Source: Nitrospirota bacterium (GTDB taxonomy: Bacteria; Nitrospirota; UBA9217). Taken from it: 64,000 nt of DNA. Made by a program: the position numbers and the translations under genes. Where the stretch lies: positions 288,001-352,000 of the forward strand of contig CAWJQQ010000001.1 of assembly GCA_963845065.1 (NCBI GenBank), written 5' to 3'. Shown piece by piece: positions 1 to 11,201 of this stretch (its first letter is position 1; every line of letters begins with the position of its first letter). Below the pieces are notes generated by a model. That model made no database searches. It saw nothing but the letters and a program-made list of their open reading frames with translations, and was not told where the DNA came from.

Positions 1-870
1 GCTTCACTTGCGAGGGCTGAAGCCAATGTCGTTCCCGCTAAGCTGAAAGCCGAGCGATATAAGGAACTTGTCAAAATCAATGCGGTCAGTAAGCAGGATT
101 ACGATGATATAAGTGCGGCACTAAAGCTGGCAGAAGCAGACATAGATGCCGCCGAAGCAGCAGTTGAGACCGCCCGCATTAATCTGGACTATACCAAGGT
201 AACCGCACCCATCTCCGGACGGATAGGTCGTTCGACCGTTACCGACGGGGCGCTGGTGACCTCAGGCCAGCCGGCGGCGCTTTCCACCATCCAACAGCTC
301 AGTTCCATGTATGTGGATGTCACCCAGTCCAGCGCCGATTTACTGCGCCTGAAGCAGAACTTGGCCAGTGGCCTGCTCAAGAGCAACGGTGCAGCCCAGG
401 CAAAAGTGAAACTACTTCTTGAAGACGGCAGCGTCTATCCGTTGTCTGGTATTCTGAAGTTTTCGGAAGTCACCGTAGACCAGAGCACCGGCTCCATAAC
501 GCTACGAGCCGTATTCCCAAACCCAAACAATGTTCTTCTTCCGGGGATGTTTGTTCGCGCTATTGTCGAAGAAGGATTAAATGAACATGCGATTCTCGTT
601 CCTCAGAGAGGTATAACGCGGAATCCTGCGGGTGAAGCCACAGTCATGGTAGTTGGGAATGAAGAAAAGGCGGAGCAGAAAATCATCAAGGTTGCCCGAA
701 CGGTCGGAGACAACTGGCTGGTCAGCCAAGGGCTCAATCCGGGCGACCGTGTTATTGTCGAAGGCCTGCAAAAGGCTCGTCCGGGCACCCAGGTGAAAGC
801 CGTGCTCTTTGAAACCAAACAAGGTGCGGGTCCTGCGGAAGCCCTGGAAACAGCGACAGCCAGGAAGTAA
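1..870 (+). CDS. acrA: RND efflux periplasmic adaptor (AcrA/MexA family), 5' end outside window
   Basis: Frame open from base 1 (ASLARAEAN...). MFP motifs [34 protein letters not shown]. Directly upstream of an RND permease. Confidence 0.93.
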   Translation, partial: ASLARAEANVVPAKLKAERYKELVKINAVSKQDYDDISAALKLAEADIDAAEAAVETARINLDYTKVTAPISGRIGRSTVTDGALVTSGQPAALSTIQQLSSMYVDVTQSSADLLRLKQNLASGLLKSNGAAQAKVKLLLEDGSVYPLSGILKFSEVTVDQSTGSITLRAVFPNPNNVLLPGMFVRAIVEEGLNEHAILVPQRGITRNPAGEATVMVVGNEEKAEQKIIKVARTVGDNWLVSQGLNPGDRVIVEGLQKARPGTQVKAVLFETKQGAGPAEALETATARK

Positions 871-880
871 GGGAGAGCTC

Positions 881-3800
881 ATGTCCAGATTCTTTATAAA
901 TCGTCCTATCTTCGCCTGGGTAATCGCTATCATGGTCATGCTGGCGGGTCTCCTCGCGATCAAAGTACTGCCGGTTTCTCAGTACCCCCCCATCGCGCCG
1001 CCCACGATTGCCATCAACGCCACCTATCCGGGCGCGTCGGCCCAGACGGCGCAGGATACTGTCACCCAGGTGATCGAACAGAACATGAATGGGATCGACA
1101 ACCTGATCTATATGGCATCCACCAGCGACTCGGCCGGGGCGGTGAACATTGCTCTGACCTTCAAGGCGGGGACCGACCCGAATATCGCCCAGGTGCAGGT
1201 GCAGAACAAGCTGCAGCTGGCCATGCCGCTTCTCCCCCAGATCGTGCAGCAGCAGGGGATTCAGGTGGTCAAGTCCGGCCGCAACTATATGCTGATTGTG
1301 GGCCTGGTGTCGGAAGACGGCTCGATGGACCGCAACGCCCTGACCGACTACATGGTCTCCAATATTCAGGATATCATCAGCCGCCTGGACGGTGTAGGCG
1401 AACTTATGGTGTTCGGCACCCAGAACGCCATGAGGATATGGCTCGACCCGGCGAAGCTGAACAACTACCACCTGACCATCAACGACGTGATCACGGCTCT
1501 TCAGGCCCAGAATGTCCAGGTATCGGCCGGCCAGTTCGGAGGGACTCCTGCAGTCAAAGGGCAGCAGCTGAACGCCACGATCACGGCCCGTACCCTGCTT
1601 CAGACCGCGGACCAGTTCGACAATGTCATCCTGCGTACCAACAGCGACGGTTCCACCGTGAAGCTAAGAGATGTGGCCGAGTGCAAGATCGGCACCGAGA
1701 ACTACGACATTCAATCGTTCTACAACGGGAAGCCGATGGGGGGGGTGGCGATCCGGCTGGCGGCAGGAGCCAACGCCCTGGAGACTGCAAACCGGCTTAA
1801 GGCAAAGATGGCGGAGCTCTCAAAGTACTTTCCGCAGGGAATGAAGGTGGTCTATCCCTACGACTCCACCCCCTTCGTGAGGATTTCCATCGAAGAGGTG
1901 GTCCACACCCTGATGGAGGCGATCTTCCTGGTCTTTATCATCATGTTCCTCTTCCTGCAGAACATCCGGGCGACCATCATCCCCACCATCGCCGTGCCGG
2001 TGGTGCTCCTTGGAACCATGGGAGTGCTGGCTGCAAGCGGGTTCTCCATCAACACCCTTACCATGTTCGCCTTGGTCATCGTCATCGGCCTTCTGGTGGA
2101 CGACGCCATTGTGGTGGTGGAGAACGTGGAACGAATCATGACCGAGGAGGGACTCTCGCCCCATGACGCCACCATCAAGTCCATGGGGCAGATCACCAGC
2201 GCCCTGTGGGGGATCGCAACCGTCCTCACGGCGGTCTTCCTCCCGATGGCGTTTTTCGGCGGTTCTACCGGTGTCATCTATCGCCAGTTCTCCATTACCA
2301 TCATCTCGGCCATGATCCTGTCAGTGCTGGTGGCCCAGATCCTGACTCCGGCCCTTTGCGCCACCATGCTGAAGCCGGTCGCAAAGGGACATCATGCCGG
2401 CGAGACAGGCTGGTTTACCTGGTTCTTCCGTTATTTCAACCGGGCATTCGACTTCTGCCGGGGCAAATACGAAGGGATCGTCGGCCGTTCTTTCAGGAAG
2501 CCGGTGCGCTACCTGGTGGTCTATGGTGCCATCGTGACAGCAATGGTTTACTTCTTCCTCCATCTCCCCACCTCGTTCCTGCCGGACGAGGACCAGGGAT
2601 TCCTGCTCTGCCAGCTCCAGCTCCCCGCCGGCGCCACCCAGGAACGGACCCTGCAGTCCGTAAAGCAGATGGAGCGGTACTTCCTGGAGGACGAGAAAAA
2701 GACGGTGGAGGGGATCATAACCGTGGCCGGGTTCAGCTTTGCCGGCCGTGGCCAGAACATGGGGCTCGCATGGGTTAAGCTCAAGGACTGGAATGTGCGC
2801 AAAACCCCGGACCTGAAAGTTCCTGCCATTGCGGCTCGGGCGATGAAGGCGTTCTCGCAGATCCGGGACGGCCTCGCCTTTGCCTTCGCCCCGCCTGCGG
2901 TCCTCGAGCTCGGGGTGGCCAACGGCTTCGACTTCCAGTTGCAGGACCGTGGAGGGGTAGGGCATGAGAAGCTGATGGAGGCGCGCAATCAACTGCTCGG
3001 CATGGCAATGAAGGACCCTAAACTGACCGCGGTGCGCCCCAATGGCCAGGACGATTCTCCCCAGTTCAAGCTTGACATCGATGACGTGCGGGCCGGTGCT
3101 GTCGGGGTCTCGTTGAGTAATATCAACGACGTCCTCTCCACCGCCTGGGGGAGCACCTACGTCAACAACTTCATCCAAAACGGCCGGGTTAAGAAGGTCT
3201 ATCTCCAGTCCGATCCCCGCTACCGGATGCTGCCGGAGGACATCAACAGCTGGTACGTCAGCAATAAGGACGGCCAGATGGTGCCGTTTTCCGCCTTTGC
3301 CACCGCCCGCTGGCAGTACGGCTCCCCCCGCCTTGAGCGTTACAACGGCCTCCCGTCGGTCGAGATCCTGGGGCAGGCCGCTCCAGGCGTAAGCACCGGC
3401 GAGGCAATGGCCGAGATGGAGAAGATGGCGGCCCAGCTGCCGCCAGGGATCGGGTACGAATGGACCGGTCTTTCGTACGAGGAAAAGAATGCCGGTGCGC
3501 AGGCGCCTGCGCTCTATGCAATCTCGCTCCTCGTGGTTTTTCTGGCGGTTGCGGCATTGTATGAAAGCTGGACGATTCCTTTCGTGAATCTGCTGATGCT
3601 GCCGCTCGGCCTCGTTGGCGCTGTCACCATGGTTACGCTCCGCGGCCTTCCCAGATGACGTCTATCTCCAGATCGGTCTGCTCACGACCGTCGGGCTTTC
3701 GACCAAGAACGCCATCCTGATCATCCAGTTCATCAAGGAACAGATGCGCCAGGGGCACGAACTGATGGAGGCGACGTTGAACGCGGTGAAAATCAGACTC

Positions 3801-4052
3801 CGTCCGGTAATCATGACCTCCCTTGCCTTCTTCTTCGGCACGCTGCCGCTCGCGCTGACCAAGGGAGCGGGCGCCGGGGCCCAGAACGCCATCGGCACCG
3901 CCGTCACCGGCGGACTACTCTCGGCGACATTTATCGACCTGATCTTTATTCCATTTTTCTTTGTGCTGGTGACGCGGCTGTTTATGTCCAGGCGACCTGT
4001 AGCGCAGCCTGAGCAAGATAAAGGCCTCGCTTTGACTTCAGAGGAGAATTGA
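881..4052 (+). pseudogene. acrB: RND efflux permease (AcrB/MexB family) with a 1-bp frameshift at ~3654
   Basis: [17 protein letters not shown] start and [16 protein letters not shown] motif. Frame stops at 3658; the C-terminus (DVYLQIGLLTTVGLSTKNAILI...RLRPVIMTSLAF) continues in another frame to 4052. CCCAGATGAC reads as CCC-AAT-GAC plus one extra G. Could be a sequencing error. Confidence 0.9.
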
Positions 4053-4053
4053 T

Positions 4054-5478
4054 ATGATAACTGCAATCCGCACCTCGTTAATTTTCTCGATGGTGCTTCT
4101 CGTGTTGTCAGGCTGTGTAAGTATGGCTCCGAAATATGCTCGCCCGGAAGCGCCTGTTCCTGCGAAATGGCCGAGCGGTCCTGCTTACAAAGAGAACACT
4201 GCCGTGCAAGGCAGCCATAGCGCTGACGAGATCAAGTGGCAGGAGTTTTTTACGGATAAGAAACTACAACAGCTGATCGCTCTGGCGCTCGATAATAACC
4301 GCGACTTGCGGATAGCTGCGCTCAACATAGAAAGGTCACAGGCGCTTTATAGAATCCAGCGCGCCGATCTTTTCCCTACAGTGAACGCCACCGGCACGGG
4401 GATCGCAGAGCGGGTGCCTGCAGTCCTTTCTGCCACGGGACAGACTATAACGGGGCATGTATACAATGTCAGCCTTGGGTTCAGTGCCTATGAGATCGAT
4501 ATTTTCGGACGCGTGCGAAGCCTTAAAGACCAGGCACTCGAGGAGTTTTTCGCCACTGAGGAGGCGCGCCGCAGTGTGCAGATCAGCTTGGTGGCCGAAG
4601 TTGCAAGCGACTACCTGACTCTTGCTGCCGATAAAGAGCACTTGAAAATAGCACAAGGCACGTTCGAGAGCCAGCAGGCATCGTATAACCTAATCAAGAG
4701 CCGTTTCGAATTCGGTGTCTCCTCGGAACTGGATGTTCGTCAGGCCCAGACAAGTGTCGATTCTGCTCGGGTGGATATTGCTAGCTTCACCAGCCAGGTG
4801 GCCCAGGACGAAAATGCACTAGCGCTTGTGATTGGCTCGCCAGTGCCTACTGATCTCCTGCCGTCCGGGCTTGGTGCGATTACCGCTTTGAAAGAACTCA
4901 GCGCGGGTTTGCCGTCAGATGTGTTGCAACGCCGTCCCGATATCGTGCAGGCAGAACACCTCCTCAAAGCTGCCAACGCCAACATCGGCGCCGCACGCGC
5001 GGCTTTCTTTCCAAGCATTACGCTCACGACGAGCATTGGTGCTGCAAGCGCTCAGCTGTCCGAGCTTTTTAATGGAGGAGCTACTGCAGCATGGAGCTTT
5101 GCACCGCAAATTAACCTGCCGATCTTCGATGCAGGGCGAAACCTGGCCAATCTGAAGGTGACAGAAGTCGATCGTAAGATATTCCTTTCCCAATATGAGA
5201 AGGCGATTCAGGGCGCTTTTAGTGAAGTATCCGATGCTCTGGCACAACATGGCACCCTTGACGATCAAATGGAGGCCCAGCAATCATTAACAGATGCCAC
5301 CAACAAAAGCTACAACTTATCGGAGGCGCGCTATCTCAATGGAATAGCAAGCTACCTGAATGTGCTAGACTCGCAACGCTCCCTTTACAGTGCGCAGCAG
5401 GGGCTAATTACCGTTCATCTTTCTCGGCTGATCAATTCGGTAACACTCTATAAGGTACTGGGTGGGGGTGGAGTATAA
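4054..5478 (+). CDS. oprM: Efflux outer-membrane lipoprotein (OprM/NodT family)
   Basis: Lipobox LSGC. Motifs [48 protein letters not shown]. Confidence 0.93.
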   Translation: MITAIRTSLIFSMVLLVLSGCVSMAPKYARPEAPVPAKWPSGPAYKENTAVQGSHSADEIKWQEFFTDKKLQQLIALALDNNRDLRIAALNIERSQALYRIQRADLFPTVNATGTGIAERVPAVLSATGQTITGHVYNVSLGFSAYEIDIFGRVRSLKDQALEEFFATEEARRSVQISLVAEVASDYLTLAADKEHLKIAQGTFESQQASYNLIKSRFEFGVSSELDVRQAQTSVDSARVDIASFTSQVAQDENALALVIGSPVPTDLLPSGLGAITALKELSAGLPSDVLQRRPDIVQAEHLLKAANANIGAARAAFFPSITLTTSIGAASAQLSELFNGGATAAWSFAPQINLPIFDAGRNLANLKVTEVDRKIFLSQYEKAIQGAFSEVSDALAQHGTLDDQMEAQQSLTDATNKSYNLSEARYLNGIASYLNVLDSQRSLYSAQQGLITVHLSRLINSVTLYKVLGGGGV

Positions 5479-5763
5479 ATGTGAACTCATTGCCCCTTCG
5501 GCCATTTCCTGGGTTAAAAGGTGAGAAGTCCTCTGGATTTTTAAGGTCGTTGTGAAAAAATAGATATTTTAGCTGACAGAGAATCTTTCCCTATCGTTCG
5601 TTAATACTGTCAGACCTGATTATTCTTGCACAATTCGAGATGATGTATGCAACTTCAAAAAAGGCGCAACCAGTGTGACTTCAGGATGGATCTCGCACTT
5701 TAATGAAGATTGCACAGATCACAGATTCACCCGGAATCATGGAATTTTGAAATCAACGAATCA

Positions 5764-6093
5764 TTAGTCATCTTGAAGTGGCGCGTCGACTAGATCAAGT
5801 ACTAGGGAATGAAATTCTACATCAAACCATTTTTTGAACGTTGCTAGGTCGCGTTTTTTCGGCCAGTCGTTCTTTTCCGTCCACCATCCATTAAGCTGTT
5901 CTTCAAAAATTAGGTCGTAAAATTGTTGTAGTAATTCTGCCTCTTCAGAATCATAAATAAGCGCTGGCAAAAGATAAGCGGTAGTATCATGATTGATACT
6001 ATCCTTTGAAACGTCTGCAGGATCGGAAAGTGATTTTAACCATTTCAGGAATGGTTCTTTTAACCGGATTATTGCAACGGATCGGTTTAGCAT
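5764..6093 (-). CDS. Conserved hypothetical protein
   Basis: 109 aa ORF coupled to the upstream gene. LNRS..I..KEPF..W and WP..RD...F..WF pattern recalls a widespread uncharacterised family. Confidence 0.7.
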   Translation of the reverse strand: MLNRSVAIIRLKEPFLKWLKSLSDPADVSKDSINHDTTAYLLPALIYDSEEAELLQQFYDLIFEEQLNGWWTEKNDWPKKRDLATFKKWFDVEFHSLVLDLVDAPLQDD

Positions 6094-6099
6094 GGTATG

Positions 6100-6795
6100 T
6101 TATACACCATCATTTTTGACGTGACTCCAGGTTAGCATGATTTCTTCTACTTTCCCTTGGACACGACTTCGCGCGTCCAGCCTGTCATATCCCATAGCCA
6201 AGAGCCTGTCGTATGACGTTTCTACATGTCTGATATGAGCGATAACAGCCAAAAGAACGGGCTTTTCCTCGAGATCCTTTGCAGACGCTGTGCGGCCGAT
6301 GCGACCGCTGTATTTAAGACATGCATGTTCTGCAATAATAGCTTCTCTCCCCGGTGGATATAGGGGAAAAAGTTCGCGAATGCGTTTGGCAAATTGATCT
6401 ATATATGCGTGATCATATTCCGCCCGCCGCTCCGCTACGCGCTCTCTTCGACGTGCTCGAACTTCGTTATCACCTAAACATGCCTGTTCTGCCTGCTCTA
6501 GGGCCTGCTCCTCGACCAAGATGCCTTGCCGTTCGTATCTTTTTCTGGCCTGGCTCCATTTAAGGACTACCGCTGTCAGGGTTGAGGTCTTATGAGCTCT
6601 CCTTGTTAAGGCAGTATTCCCGGAAGGGAGATAGGCCAGGTGTGCTATACCAGCACAGGATAAGCAAAGAGCTCCCATTGCCCGATCCAGAGTAATCCAT
6701 GCCTTTCGACCGAGTTCCTGTCCGCACTCATCACAGACGGATTCCCTGTTTGATATGAAAACCTTAAGGTCAGTAGGTTGTACTATCGAGTTCAT
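6100..6795 (-). CDS. DUF2293 domain protein
   Basis: CDEC/CLSC zinc knuckle. Motifs GNTALTRRA, RKRYERQG, YSGRIGRT, AHIRHVETSYD. Confidence 0.8.
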   Translation of the reverse strand: MNSIVQPTDLKVFISNRESVCDECGQELGRKAWITLDRAMGALCLSCAGIAHLAYLPSGNTALTRRAHKTSTLTAVVLKWSQARKRYERQGILVEEQALEQAEQACLGDNEVRARRRERVAERRAEYDHAYIDQFAKRIRELFPLYPPGREAIIAEHACLKYSGRIGRTASAKDLEEKPVLLAVIAHIRHVETSYDRLLAMGYDRLDARSRVQGKVEEIMLTWSHVKNDGV

Positions 6796-6950
6796 TTTTA
6801 CCGGTATTATGGTACGAGAAATGTAATTTTGCAATCAGAATCAAAATACCCAGAAACGTGTTTTATACTTAATCTGGTTTTACGATGTTGACCTTATTCC
6901 CCATAAAGAACATCTATCGAGTGTATTTCTTGAGCGTTATTTATTGAGCC

Positions 6951-7063
6951 GCAAAAAACACCAGACTCCTGTCTGGTGATGAAGCGGCAGCCCGTAGGGC
7001 TCATGCAAGATATTTGCATGTAACATTTAAAGAAGCCCCCAGCTTCCCGCTGGGGAATTTCAC
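6951..7063. other. Cluster of four tandem hairpins (possible IS200-type end relic or structured RNA)
   Basis: CACCAGAC-tcct-GTCTGGTG, AGCCC-gta-GGGCT, CATGCAA-gatat-TTGCATG and CCCCAGC-ttccc-GCTGGGG within about 100 nt. Confidence 0.45.
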
Positions 7064-7290
7064 TTTTCCTAAGCACATCAGGGTCGCAATAAGGCCGTGA
7101 TGTGCTCTTCCTTACAGCATATGGCAGGAGTTTTCAATGAAACAAGGCAAAATATTTTGGCACAACTCATGAATAAAGAAGTGGAATGCGGTTTGCGGTT
7201 AATTTTAAAAAGAGGACGGATTGATTAACGTAGCTACCGATTAACAACGATGGAGGTAAAACGAATAAGTGAGATGAATGCTGATCTGCC

Positions 7291-7328
7291 TTGACATGTA
7301 GCCACATAATAGTATAATGTATATACAT
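7291..7328 (+). promoter_or_regulatory. Sigma70 promoter and palindromic operator of the vapBC operon
   Basis: TTGACA (7291) - 16 bp - TATAAT (7313), overlapping palindrome ATGTATATACAT. Confidence 0.7.
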
Positions 7329-7344
7329 GCAGAAAGGAGGGACC

Positions 7345-7542
7345 ATGCAGACTGCGACAAAAAAGACCGCAAAGCATTTTAGGCTGGATGAAACGATGAT
7401 TAAAAGTGCTCAGAAGATACTCGGGTCCAAGACTGAGACCGAGGCAATCGAAACAGCGCTTGCCGAGATCATCTACCAGGAGAAAATAAGGAAGTTTATC
7501 GAACAGACCGCCGGAAAGTTCAAATTCGAGGGACTCAATTGA
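7345..7542 (+). CDS. vapB: VapB-like antitoxin
   Basis: AGGAGG RBS. RHH-like LDETMIKSAQKILGSKTETEAIETAL. Overlaps the PIN gene. Confidence 0.75.
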   Translation: MQTATKKTAKHFRLDETMIKSAQKILGSKTETEAIETALAEIIYQEKIRKFIEQTAGKFKFEGLN

Positions 7543-7955
7543 AACCAAAGGCTGTTCCTGATACTTCCTTCCTCATTGAGCATTTCAGAAGGGGAACTGT
7601 TCAAGAAGCTTTTCTAAATCTTACCCGCTACTATCATATTTCTTTCAGTTCCGTCGTTTTGATGGAGCTTTTCGCCGGTGCATTTGATCCAAAGGAACAG
7701 AAGCTTATTGACCAGATAGCGCGGAATTTTACGGTCATATCAGTTACTGAGCGTGAATGGTTTGCTTGCGGTGAGATCATGATGAAACTGCGAAGAGATA
7801 AAAAGATTGACAGGGAGCGGCTAAGAGGACTTCTTGCGGATATCCTGATCGCGGTATCGGTCCGGGACACAGGTGCGGTTCTCATCACGAAGAACGAAAA
7901 GGACTTCAAGCTTATCCGCGAAGTGTATACTTTTAAATATGTCGCGATTGATTGA
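7539..7955 (+). CDS. vapC: PIN-domain (VapC) toxin
   Basis: PIN acidic motifs PDTSFLI, VLMEL, LADILIA, LITKNEKDF. Confidence 0.85.
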   Translation: MKPKAVPDTSFLIEHFRRGTVQEAFLNLTRYYHISFSSVVLMELFAGAFDPKEQKLIDQIARNFTVISVTEREWFACGEIMMKLRRDKKIDRERLRGLLADILIAVSVRDTGAVLITKNEKDFKLIREVYTFKYVAID

Positions 7956-8163
7956 TATTGACCACGTTTTTTACTACTGTCCTCTTAATTACTGTTCTGA
8001 AAAGAAAAACCTATTAATCGTTATCGCCTCCGTCTTTGCCCCAAACAATTCGATGCACGTCAAGAGTCAGAATGTGCCAGTAAGCAGGATTTCATGCAGT
8101 CAAATGCAGTAAAACAGCATTATATGATCCAGTTAAAACGCGCATAGCGTTTCCAAGCAAGCC

Positions 8164-8214
8164 TCGGGTCCATACTCCGAAGGTCGTCGGTTCAAATCCG
8201 GCCCCCCGCCACTA
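8164..8214 (+). pseudogene. Degenerate 3' half of initiator tRNA-Met (att-site relic)
   Basis: CGGGTCCATACTCCGAAGGTCGTCGGTTCAAATCCGGCCCCCCGCCACT matches the tRNA-fMet anticodon-to-acceptor segment. No 5' half. Confidence 0.75.
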
Positions 8215-8222
8215 AACTTACT

Positions 8223-8256
8223 AAGGGGTTACAGTTCATACTGTAACCCCTTTTTT
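8223..8256 (+). terminator. Intrinsic terminator-like hairpin after the tRNA relic
   Basis: AAGGGGTTACAG-ttcata-CTGTAACCCCTT followed by a T-run. Confidence 0.7.
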
Positions 8257-8297
8257 GATAACAGGACAGTTATAGGACAGTTGATTGAAACTTTGCG

Positions 8298-8570
8298 CCT
8301 GGGATCCGCGCATGTGACTTGGTTTCTCAAGATGATCGAGATAGGATGAACAGAAGGCAATATGTATAGGCATTGCGTAGTTTCAGGCATTACATTCGGA
8401 TCGGCGCTAGCAATAACAATATTATGGAGTCTCAACAAGTCAGTTCTCTGGGCGATCATTTAGGGGATCTTTTCGTGGCTGTACGTGATTTATTATTTAG
8501 TTGTGAGCTAATGATAAACAGGAAGGAAGGCCCCCGGTAGATGACTAATGACGAGTATGATATCGCTATC
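8298..8570 (+). repeat. Diverged direct repeat copy 1, containing a 49-codon membrane-protein pseudogene (8362-8511)
   Basis: Aligns by eye with 9507-9798. Encodes MYRHCVVSGITFGSALAITILWSLNKSVLWAII*GIFSWLYVIYYLVVS. Confidence 0.8.
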
Positions 8571-8685
8571 CGTTGCATGGGGATGACTTGTCCCAGGGCT
8601 ATAAAATCGAGGTTGCAAAAAAAGTCATAGGAGGTTCTCGCACCCTTGCTTTACGCACCACCTTGCTCAAATCAGCTTTTAGACA

Positions 8686-9051
8686 TTAATTGTTCACCAT
8701 CTCCTCGTTTGCATTGTGCCCCGATTTCAGTTTGACTGTAACAAAAAACGTCGCATTATTAATGCTCGTAATTAAAACCAAGATTCCTTCCGTTGCGGGG
8801 TCGTAGTTGCTTAAAAGCGCGGCCAAGCTGGCTTTAGAGTCTATGCCATCAATTATTTCAAGAACATCGTTTTTGGTTGTGTAATCATACTCAGTGGGAA
8901 TTTTACCATTAATTACTGAATCCGTATAAACAAGAAGCGCACCCCTTCCTTCTGATAAATAGCATTCTCTGTAGACCATGGAAATTTCGGGCAAAAATAG
9001 GTCAAGTGCTGATAAAGCCTTATCTCTTTCTTCTAGTGGTGTCATCGCCAT
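8686..9051 (-). CDS. Hypothetical protein
   Basis: 121 aa ORF with GGAG RBS. No recognised motif. Confidence 0.6.
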   Translation of the reverse strand: MAMTPLEERDKALSALDLFLPEISMVYRECYLSEGRGALLVYTDSVINGKIPTEYDYTTKNDVLEIIDGIDSKASLAALLSNYDPATEGILVLITSINNATFFVTVKLKSGHNANEEMVNN

Positions 9052-9070
9052 TTTATTATCTCCACTTATT

Positions 9071-9412
9071 CTAATGATAAGTGGGTGGCTCCATTGTTGA
9101 GGTTACGATGTCGATAACGTCTTCACCCGTCAAACCGAGTTTTTCATTCATCTGCATAGTTTGTGCTTTTGCCGTGGTGTAGTCGCAGTGCCATCCCCAG
9201 TCCATTTTATAAAATCCAGCATCTCCCTCAACGGCAACGCATACGATAAAAGCACCATCTTCGGTGCGTTCGCAATCCAGGACAAAGTATGCTTTACGTT
9301 TGCCTTTTGAAGCATCCTCGATAAAATCCATCACTTGGCAGTTCGTCACAGACTTTTTCTTTGATGGAGAGACAACCTTCTTTCTTGATGGTGAAGCAGC
9401 CTTGGCTTTCAC
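9071..9412 (-). CDS. Hypothetical protein
   Basis: 113 aa ORF with GGAGG RBS, co-oriented with 8686-9051. Confidence 0.6.
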   Translation of the reverse strand: MKAKAASPSRKKVVSPSKKKSVTNCQVMDFIEDASKGKRKAYFVLDCERTEDGAFIVCVAVEGDAGFYKMDWGWHCDYTTAKAQTMQMNEKLGLTGEDVIDIVTSTMEPPTYH

Positions 9413-9506
9413 TTATAACCTCCGAGCTTTATTTGTTCATCTATCTTAGAGTTATTTTGCAATAAGTGCAAGTAGACTCTGAAAAGCTGAATTTCAAGAC
9501 CTTAAA

Positions 9507-9798
9507 CCTGGGATTCGCGCATGGGACAAAGGCTTCTAAAGATGATCAATATAAGATGAACAAACGAAGAAAAGACGCCAAGGGGAGGTAGATATGTATA
9601 GGCGTAGGGTTGTTTCAGGCATAACGTTCCGATAGGCTCTGGCAATAACAATATCATGGAGTCTCAACAAGTCAGTTTCTGGGCGATCATATAGGGGCTT
9701 TTTCCCTGGCTGTGCATGATTAATTATTTAGATGTGCGCTAATGATAAACAGCAAGGAAGACAAACGGTAGATGAATAATGACAGGCATGATATTGCC
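9507..9798 (+). repeat. Diverged direct repeat copy 2, containing a more degraded copy of the small gene (9594-9742)
   Basis: Shares CAATAACAATA..ATGGAGTCTCAACAAGTCAGTT and GCTAATGATAAACAG with copy 1. GGGGAGG RBS before ATG 9594. Confidence 0.8.
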
Positions 9799-9829
9799 GC
9801 ACTTAAATCCTCAATGGCATTTGAATATT

Positions 9830-10337
9830 CAGCTTATTTTTTAGTATCTCCCTTGACTAATGCCAATTCCCTTTTTAGCCTTTAAGCTTCCTTCATTGCT
9901 TCTTGAGCTGTTTTCTTTGAGTCCTCAAGGTCTTTGATATTCTGCACGTCAGTTCTTAATGCATCAACAGACTTAGTAACTTCCTTCGGGTCCGCTAAAA
10001 TCTTTGCTTTAATATAATAGGTTTTCCCATCCCATTTCTCGTCAATCACCTCTGCACTCACGATTCCAGCTGTAAGCGTTGTTATTTGGTCTTTGGTCAT
10101 CTGATAGTTTTTAACTTCGGTTTCACTGATAAGATAATTTCCAAGCTCTTCCAACAAGGCCCTTTTAACCTGTTCAAGTGCAATAGCTCGACTCGACACT
10201 TTGCTGTCGATGTCACTTGCCATGTAGGTATATTCCTTGATGAAAGTTTTGGCTTCAGCGGAAGATATATTGGGTAAAGTCAGAGATAATATTAATAAGA
10301 TAACCGCCAATATTTCATTGGCTTTATTCATTGCCAT
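9830..10337 (-). pseudogene. Truncated secreted protein (signal peptide plus KTFIKEYTY..SDIDSK domain)
   Basis: TAA at 9882-9884 is followed by in-frame coiled-coil-like RLKRELALVKGD, suggesting a premature stop. Confidence 0.55.
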
Positions 10338-10800
10338 GAGCCGTTCCTCCGTATAAGGAAGTCAGGCATGAGTATTTCTATAGCAGTATTGCAGGCGAGA
10401 ATAACTGTGTCGAGTGCTATTTAAAAAAGGTATTGTGATTCAAGGTTTTTACCGGGATTCAGCCATGCCTTGCGAGCTTTCTGATGCAGGATACGATTAC
10501 TTCCGAGATTTGTAGGGTTTTGGTAGCTGACGAATATCATGCTCTTGCTCACTCACGTCTTCTTCGTAGCGTTCTGGCGGAGTCAATTCGATTCCGTAAT
10601 CTTCTCCCTGTTCGATACACTGGAAATTATCAGCATGTCCAACTTTCCATCTAGTTATCTCAATCCCTTTTTTTATATTTTTGCTCACAGTTCGGCCCAT
10701 ATAGTTTTACCTTGTGTCGGAGCATTGGTAAGGTCTTTTGTGGATACAGTAACAGGCAGAACGAGAATGAGCAGAAGCAGAATTAGTTTTAATTTCATAG

Positions 10801-10989
10801 TTATTTCCCTGTAATAAAGAATCTGACTATCCTACCTATAAAAGTTATCCCTATGGCAATGCCTATAATTATCGCAAGGAAAATAGCAAAATAGAGTGCC
10901 AACTTGAAGACCAGATAAAATAATGGGAATAAAACTACACATAGTATTATCGTAAGGCAACCTGTAGCGAAATCTTTGGTTTCCAACAT
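10801..10989 (-). CDS. Small membrane protein
   Basis: 62 aa with two hydrophobic segments. Confidence 0.55.
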   Translation of the reverse strand: MLETKDFATGCLTIILCVVLFPLFYLVFKLALYFAIFLAIIIGIAIGITFIGRIVRFFITGK

Positions 10990-11201
10990 AGGGTAGCTTT
11001 CTTGATTTCCTCTTCATGTAGAGTCTATTGTGAATTATAACAGAAGTGGGAAAAGAGGGAAGCAATAACTTGATTAGAATAGACGGGTGTGATAATGTGC
11101 CACATATTTCCCAATAGTATTAAGGATTCAGCTTGATAAGCATTGATTAACACGGTTAGCATCAAAAAACAGATTTTAGAACGCAATGAGAGGAAACAAA
11201 C

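Noticed and set aside
752..3557. Long antisense and alternate-frame ORFs over acrB, and likewise over the kinase, IS, GH15 and fadE genes
   Set aside because: Shadows of GC-rich coding sequence with no recognisable motifs.
3640..3660. Programmed frameshift in acrB
   Set aside because: No slippery run. A single inserted base explains it.
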